From contig NC_057720.1 in assembly GCF_004010195.1 (NCBI RefSeq), positions 2,007,295 through 2,050,022 of the forward strand: a stretch of DNA of 42,728 nt, given 5' to 3'. The notes below the pieces were generated by a model, which was not told where the DNA came from, did not search any database, and saw nothing but the letters and a program-made list of their open reading frames with translations. A program made the position numbers and the translations under genes. Positions 36,087-42,728 of this stretch are shown piece after piece; position 1 is the stretch's first letter; each line of letters opens with the position of its first letter. Origin of the DNA: Chiloscyllium plagiosum (taxonomy: Eukaryota).

Positions 36087-36425
36087 TTGTGGAGATGTTG
36101 TAGCAAACAAAGGCCCTGAGGATAGATAATTGAGATTTTCAAAGTGCCCTTGCAGATTAAGGTTTTGTTCTCAGGGCAGGTACAGGCCGAGAGATAGAGT
36201 GGGGACAGGGCTATTGGTGGAGAGCACCATAAGGAAGGATTAGAGATGGCCTTCCCTGTAATTAATATTGTGATTGATGGTCAATGTGAATGGCAAGGTG
36301 AAGTGGGGAGGTGGTGCAGAGGGATTTGAAAAGAAATAAGAGGACAGTGAATTCAGAAATACACATGAAAAAAAAGGGAAAACTTACATGTCACAATCTC
36401 AGAGTATCACAAAGTACAATAACCT

Positions 36426-36745
36426 TTGGTTAGCACTGCTGCCTCACAGCGCCAGGAACCTGGGTTCAATTCCAGCCTTGGGCAACTATCTGTGTGGAGT
36501 TTGCATATTCTCCCTGTGTCTGGGTGAGTTTCCTCCAGGTGCTCAGATTTCCTTCCAAAAGTCCAAAGATGTGCAGGTCAGATGGGTTGGTCATGCTAAA
36601 TTGTCCAGTGTTCAGGGATATTTGGGTTAGCCATGAGAAATGCAGGGATAGGGTAGGGGAGTGAATATGGGTGGGATGCTCATTGGTAACTCGGTGTGGA
36701 CCTGTTGGGCTGAAATGCTTGTGTCCATGCTGTAGGGGTTCTATT
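36426..36745 (+). mobile_element. HE1-type V-SINE
   Basis: TGGTTAGCACTGCTGCCTCACAGCGCCAGG...GGGTTCAATTCC, V-domain, tail. Confidence 0.82.
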
Positions 36746-36869
36746 CTCAACTGAGAAAGTGCTGTCCGTATCGTGTTGTCAGAATCTTCACACAGAGTTA
36801 CATTATTATAATGCCTTTCTATGATTTAAGAACATCCCAGTGAGAATTACAATAATCCATCCTTCTCTC

Positions 36870-37160
36870 AAAGTGTAGTCACTGTGTACTGCAGGCAAAA
36901 ACAGAAGTTAATTCATGAACAGCAAGATCCCACAAATAGCGATGAGATAATGATCAGACTATATGTTTTAGATCTTGATGCTGAGATAGATATTGGCTCA
37001 GCCACCCAGAAGACCCCTTTTCTTTTCTTTCAAACCCTCTCATGGGAGATTTTCATTTTCAGTTTAATATCTCAGCCTAAAGACAGCACTTCAAGGAGTT
37101 CGGTTCTCCCTCCCTCAGTACTGCATTGGGCACGTCAGACTGGTGTTTGTGTTTTACTAT
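36870..37160 (-). mobile_element. SacSINE1/DeuSINE-like fragment
   Basis: AAGTGTAGTCACTG...CAGCAAGATCCCACAAA...CTCCCTCAGTACTGCATTGG. Confidence 0.6.
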
Positions 37161-37579
37161 ATAAAGAGAACCTGCTGGAAATTCACAGCTGATCTGGAAG
37201 TATCTGTGATGGGAGAAACCAAGTTAACATCTGACAAAAAGTCATCAACCCCAGATACTACTTACTCTATGTTGCTCGCATTTAAAACTTTCTGGTTTTG
37301 GTGCCAAAGTCCCTGGCATGGGATTTGAACTGGCAACAATCTGTCTCAATTCCCCACTAAGCCAAGTTAAAATCTGAGAGTGTACCCTTTCGGCAGTCTC
37401 AAGTCCTGGAATGGGACTTGAACCCGTGACTCTGGCTCACGTCTGGAATTTGCCCAACTGGTTCTCCTCTCCTTTCAACTTCACAAGAGAAAAAACATTC
37501 AAAAACTTCTCCTGTCTGTTTCCCAGGCAAAATAACACAAAACCCCCAGACATTAATCTAAACTTTGCTTACAAGTTCA

Positions 37580-38505
37580 GTCATAGAAATATAGCAACAT
37601 AGAAAATAGAAGCAGGAGTAGTCGATATATTCCTTTGAGTCTGCTCCACCATTCAATATCATCATGACTGATCATCCAATCACTTTCTCTCTGTACCCTT
37701 TGATCCATTTAGCCCGAAGTACTAGATTTAACTAAGTATGTAAGTTAGCTCACTGAGCTGGAAGGTTTGTTTTCAGACATTTCATCACCATGACTAGGTA
37801 ACATCATCAGTGAGAGTCAGTGAAGTGCTGGTGGTAATACCGTGCAAGAACTGTAAAAAACACTACACCACAAAAACAAGCAGGAAACTTGCCACCAGAA
37901 CACATGAACACCAATTTGCCACCAAAAGACACGACCCACTCTGACTAGTTTCCATATATACAGAGAAAGAAGGACACCACTTTGACTGGTACAACAAACA
38001 CATCCTAGGACAGGCGAAACAAAGCCATGCATGAGAATTCTTAGAGGCATGGCCTTCTAACCAGAACTCCATCAATAAACACATTGACTTCGACCCCATC
38101 TACATTCCCTTGTAAAAAGGACAGGAAATAACATCATCCACCTTAAGAAACCAAGACCTATAAATAGAGAGGTGGGACATACCACCAGTGCTTCACCAGA
38201 GACCCTCACTGATGACCATTACCTAGTCATGGTGATGAAACATCTGAAAACAAACCTTTCAGCTCAGCGAGCTAACTCACATACTTATCATCAAACTGAG
38301 CTACAAATCTTCTCAAAAATCACTAACTATATGTAAACATGCAATATTTTGGCCTCAACTGATTTCTGTGGTAGAGAATTCCATAGGCTGACCACTCTCT
38401 GGGTGAAGACATTTCTTCTCATTCCATTGATAAAGGGCTGACCCTTTCAACTTAAATAGTGACTCCCTGGTTGTGCACTCCCTGATCATTGGGACCATCC
38501 TTCCT
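37580..38505 (-). mobile_element. CR1 3' fragment interrupted by a Penelope-like element
   Basis: Reverse tail CATAGAAAATAGAAGCAGGAGTAG; resumes AGAGAATTCCATAGGCTGACCACTCTCTGGGTGAAG. Confidence 0.7.
37733..38325 (+). mobile_element. 5'-truncated Penelope-like element (family D): inverted pLTR, GIY-YIG remnant, pLTR
   Basis: IPCKNCKKHYTTKTSRKLATRTHEHQ...HHFDW...EFLEAW...SINKHIDFDPIY; hammerhead motifs at ~38206-38247 (+) and ~37774-37813 (-). Confidence 0.85.
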
Positions 38506-38759
38506 GCGAGGGAGCAGTAGAGTCTGTTCTGAATTCATTCATGACTAAGTGAAATATCTTTGATCAACAAGCGATCTGGGAAACCTGGAGGAAAGTGGAG
38601 TTAAGGCCATAATCAGATGAATCATGATCTTATTGATCGACAGAATGGACTAGAGGGGTTAAAGGACCTTCTTTTGCTCCCATTTCTTATTATACAAAGA
38701 TCAGAGAGAATCTGACCTGGATTTGACCTGGGATTATATTCCACATCGTCAGATGCCTA

Positions 38760-38975
38760 GATCCTAAACTTTGGAATTACTTCCAGAAATCTCTCTACTC
38801 ATCTCCTTTTACTTGAGTCACTGCTTTAAATCTACCTCTTTGATAAAACTTTTAGTCATCTGTCCCCAGGTCTCTTGTATGATTCATTGGCAAATTTTGT
38901 TTGATGATGTTCCTGTGAAATATCTTTGGGCGTTTTTTAAAAACAAGATAGAAGGTGATGCATAAATGCAAAGTG
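38760..38975 (+). mobile_element. L2-like 3' end
   Basis: CCTAAACTTTGGAATTACTTCC...CCTGTGAAATATCTTTGGG...ATAAATGCAAAGTG. Confidence 0.5.
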
Positions 38976-39354
38976 TTGGTATTTCTGTTTGCTGTTTTCC
39001 CCTATCTGCATATTTATCAGCCTTGGCTACTATTTGGATTTCAACGTATTTCCTTCAGAGACTCATATCTCTATAAGTAGAGCCAATTTCATTAATTACT
39101 CCTGCTTCCACATTTTGGCAAAGAATTATTTTTACATCAGCTTATTCTTAGGATGACTCCAAAGTGTACATTTATGATAAGTATTTGCAAATGACAGGAT
39201 ATACAACTAAATAGACACCATCTATGTTTTATCACCCAATTAACATGTTATCTACTTTCTGCAGCTTTCAAATCATGAACTTTTCAAACACATTATGAAG
39301 GGAAATTTTGAATATGTGAAAATTCTTTGGTAAAACCTTTAGCTGTTACAGTTT

Positions 39355-39705
39355 TTTCCATTCACTCACAAGATATGGGCGTCGCCGGCTGGCCCAGCAT
39401 TTATTACCTGCCCCCAGATGCCCAGGAGAAGGCGGGGGTGAGCTGCCTTCTTGAACTGCTGCTGTAGAGAGACCCACAATGCTGTTAATGAAGGAATGCC
39501 AGGATTTTGACCCAGTGACACTGAAGGAACGGCGATATATTTCCAAGTCAGGATGGTGAGAGGCTTGGAGAGGAACTTGCAGGGGATGGTGTTCCCATGT
39601 ATCTGCTGCCTTTGTCTTTCTGGATGGAGGTGGTCGTGGGTTTGGAAGGTGCTGTCTTTGGTGAATCTCTGCAGTGCATCTTGTAGATAATACACACTGT
39701 TGCTG
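39355..39705 (-). mobile_element. LINE family 2 3' end
   Basis: EIYRRSFSVTGSKSWHSF; homologous to 12030-12720. Confidence 0.75.
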
Positions 39706-40090
39706 TATGACTCTAATTCCAAAGGGCCAACATTTAGCTATTCTTTTTAACTCTACAGGTATTTTAATTCAGCCCATTCAGACGTGTCCAGTACAAGTGG
39801 GTCCTGAACTGAGACTTAAGGTCCTGAGGCAGGAACATATCACTGTATCACCAGAAGCCCTCTTTAATTTTACGTACTTGTGAAAGAGTAAGTAGATTGC
39901 TTTGTGGGCAGTTAGCTCAGTTACCTGTTCGTCAATGTCTAGTTCAGGAGAACATGGACAAGACAGGCTAGAATCCCATTCTGGATGTTGAAACCTGAGA
40001 GTGGGATGTAATGGTTAAGCACTCACTGAAAAAGCTCAGAGTTAAGCATTAATGAACAAGAAGCCAAATGCCTGATGTCAGGCAGATCAG

Positions 40091-40921
40091 ACGTTTCATC
40101 CCCTGTCTAGGTGACATCCTCAGTGCTTGGGAGCCTCCTGTGAAGCGCTTCTGTGATGTTTCCTCCGGCATTTATAGTGGTTTGAATCTGCCGCTTCCGG
40201 TTGTCAGTTCCAGCTGTTCCCTGCAGTGGCCGGTATATTGGGGCCAGGTCGATGTGCTTGTTGATTGAATCTGTGGATGAGTGCCATGCCTCCAGGAATT
40301 CCCTGGCTGTTCTCTGTTTGGCTTGTCCTATAATAGTAGGAGTACACCAGAACTGCAGTACACCAGAACTGCAAAAAGAGGAAGAACACCTATACAATGT
40401 ATTCGCCAAAAATGGATACCCCCGCAATTTCATCAACAGATGCCTAAGGGAAAGACAACGGAACGAGGACATGCCACAACCCAAAGGGACAGCTAACGAT
40501 CCGCATCCATGAACACCAACTAGCCACGAAACGACACGACCAGCTATCCTTAGTAGCCACACACGCAGATGACAAGCATCGACTGGGACAACACTACTAT
40601 TATAGGACAAGCCAAACAGAGAACAGCCAGGGAATTCCTGGAGGCATGACACTCATCCACAGATTCAATTAATAAGCACATCGACCTGGACCCAATATAC
40701 CGACCACTGCAGTGGACAGCTGGACCTGACAACCGGGAGCGGCAGATTCAAACCACTACAAATGCCGGAGGAAAGGCCACAGAAGCGCTTCACAGGAGGC
40801 TCCCAAGCTCTGAGGATGTCACCTAGACAGGGGATGAAACATCTGCAACACAAATTCCCAGCTCGGCGAACAGAACCACAACAACGAGCACCCGAGCTAC
40901 AAATCTTCTCCCCAACTTTGA
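40091..40921 (+). mobile_element. Penelope-like element (family C) with inverted 3' copy and 13-bp TSD
   Basis: KEEEHLYNVFAKNGYPRNFI (post-RT), RIHEHQLATKRHD...AREFLEA (GIY-YIG); 40091-40338 inverted relative to ~40597-40843; TCAGGCAGATCAG at 40078-40090 and 40922-40934. Confidence 0.88.
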
Positions 40922-40964
40922 TCAGGCAGATCAGCAATGTTTTAATTAATTTCTAGCTACCCGA

Positions 40965-41541
40965 TGTTCTAGACCAGGCCAGACCCCCTCAAAATATTTC
41001 AGATGGTAGCCAAGACTCTGTTTCTTATTTTCTTTTTCTTTATTTTAAAGATGTGAAGTGGGTGTCCCAGGTGTGCTGCAACTGGTCAAACACTCGGCTT
41101 TAAGAAAAACAGTTTATTTAAACATTACAGTTGAAACATGAACAAAAGAAAGTAAAACTTAGAGTAACTTAATGATAGGAAACCTTAACCAACCCAATAC
41201 ATCAACTACAACTAAGGAGCTGTTCCAATCCAGGAACGTCCCATAAACACACTCCTTACCAAAAAGGTAAGTTGAAACACAGTCAGGAGGTAACAACATC
41301 CAAAGATGTTTCAGACAGAAAGTCAGTCAAGAATCATCTGCTGAAGCTTACAACCTTCCTGGACTCCAGCATCTTGTGACCACCACAGCTAAACCAAAGT
41401 AGAATAAACCTCTGAGAAACTGGCCACTCCCCTGCCATTATTAAACAGGATTGTCCTAGACCCCGCAGCACCTCTGCCTTTACAACTTCTTTAAAAACAC
41501 ACAAAGACAAAAAACCTTGTTAAAGTGACAGGATTGTCATA
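40965..41541 (-). mobile_element. Probable solo LTR
   Basis: About 575 bp from TGTTCTAG to TGTCA(TA); TTTATT (minus-strand AATAAA); flanks CCCGA/CTCAA may be a decayed 5-bp TSD. Confidence 0.4.
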
Positions 41542-41619
41542 CTCAACTAGTTTTCACTCATGTTCTATATTTTCTCCTTTTTATCCATTTTTGATGTTTC
41601 CGCACAGATTATATTTATA

Positions 41620-41935
41620 CAGTCATAATGTCACAGAGATGTATAGCACAGAAACAGTCCATTTGGTCAAACTCGTCCATGCTAACTAGATATCTGAAAT
41701 TAATCTAGCCCCACTTGCCAGCACTTGGCCCAAATCCCTCTAAACCCTTCGTATTCATATACCCATCCAAATGTCATTTAAATGTTGTAATTGTACCAGC
41801 CTCCACCACCTCCTCTGCAGCTCAATCCATATACGCACCACCCTTTGCATGAAAACGTTGCCCCTCAGGTCCTTTTTAAATCTTTCCCCTCTCACCTATG
41901 CCCTCTTGTTCTGGACTTCCACACCCCAGGGAAAT
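41620..41935 (-). mobile_element. CR1 3' fragment
   Basis: Homologous to 27562-27910. Confidence 0.8.
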
Positions 41936-41989
41936 GTGGAATTTGTTTGTAAGTGCCCATTGGTAACTGCACCTGAGAAGATAATAATG

Positions 41990-42728
41990 GATTTAGATTA
42001 AAGTGGTGCTGGAAAAGCACAGCAGGTCAGGCAGCATCCGAGGAGCAGGAAAATCGACATTTTGGGCAAAAGCCCTTCATCAGGAATTGAGACAGGAAGC
42101 CTCCAGGGTGGAGAGTTAAATGGGAGGGTGGGGCTGGAGAGAAGATAGCAAAGAGTACAATAGGTGAGTGGGGGTGGGGATGGAGGTGACTGTCCACTGT
42201 CCCACTGTCACCATCCCCGCCCCCCAGAACCCTGAGGGGAACACCACCCCTGCTCATGACTCCACCTCCATTTCCCCCACCACCACATGTTACAGGCTCT
42301 GCCCCCACTCCCAGCTCCACACCCACACCAGGCCCCAGCTCCCAGCCCTGCTGAGTTTTCACCTTTCCTCCAGACCTCCCCCTCAATGAGGATGAACGAT
42401 CAGTCCTCAGCAAAGGACTCACCTTCATCCCCCTCTGCCCACGCATCAATGAATTTAATACACGCCGTGATGTCGAACACTTCTTCCGCCGCCTCCACCT
42501 CTGAGCTTACTTTCACAATCAGGACTCCTACCCACCTTCTGAGGACCCCTTCGCCCACCTCCAACACACTGCATCCACCTGGACACCCCGTGCTGGCCTA
42601 TTACCTGCCCTCGACCTCTTCATTTTCAACTGCCGCCGGGACATTAACCGCCTCAACCTGTCGACCCCCCTCCCCCACTCCAACCTCTCACCCTCACAAC
42701 GCGCAGCCCTCCAATCCCTCTGCCCCAA
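41990..42728 (+). mobile_element. Penelope-like element (family A): inverted pLTR (~41990-42190) then ORF N-terminal region, running off the window
   Basis: Plus frame PPDLPLNEDERSVLSKGLTFIPL..RDVEHFFRRL..SNLSPSQRAALQSL, a typical PLE pre-RT region. Confidence 0.85.

Noticed and set aside
1711..36750. Recurrent ORFs such as MVAQWLALLPHS..., CGRKPEHPEETH...
   Set aside because: These are translations of HE1 SINE copies, not a gene family.
40107..40652. 181-aa minus-strand ORF
   Set aside because: It is a chimera of antisense PLE sequence and the inverted GIY-YIG tail.

Overview
This is vertebrate genomic DNA, almost certainly cartilaginous fish (shark): it carries HE1-type V-SINEs, HER1/CR1 LINEs and SacSINE1/Deu-like SINEs. 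The window is intronic or intergenic and dominated by nested retroelements. These include many CR1 3' fragments, one near-full-length decayed CR1 (~31.8-35.8 kb; zinc-finger/esterase ORF1, APE-RT ORF2), L2-like and Rex1/Babar fragments, a second LINE family with a partner tRNA-SINE, two probable solo LTRs, and at least 13 Penelope-like element (PLE) remnants. Nearly all ORFs in the track are TE-derived or spurious, and no host gene could be named. A repeat-free, CpG-richer island at ~26.2-27.55 kb looks like a promoter with a minus-strand first exon. The most interesting signal is that the PLE terminal repeats of about five families carry minimal type I hammerhead ribozyme motifs (CUGANGA-N-stem II-GAAA-palindromic stem III-NUH) with covarying stems. 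Several occur as short, non-coding, palindromic insertions bounded by 10-16 bp target-site duplications, with breakpoints at the ribozyme. Family names come from recalled consensus similarity, not database searches, and most boundaries are approximate.
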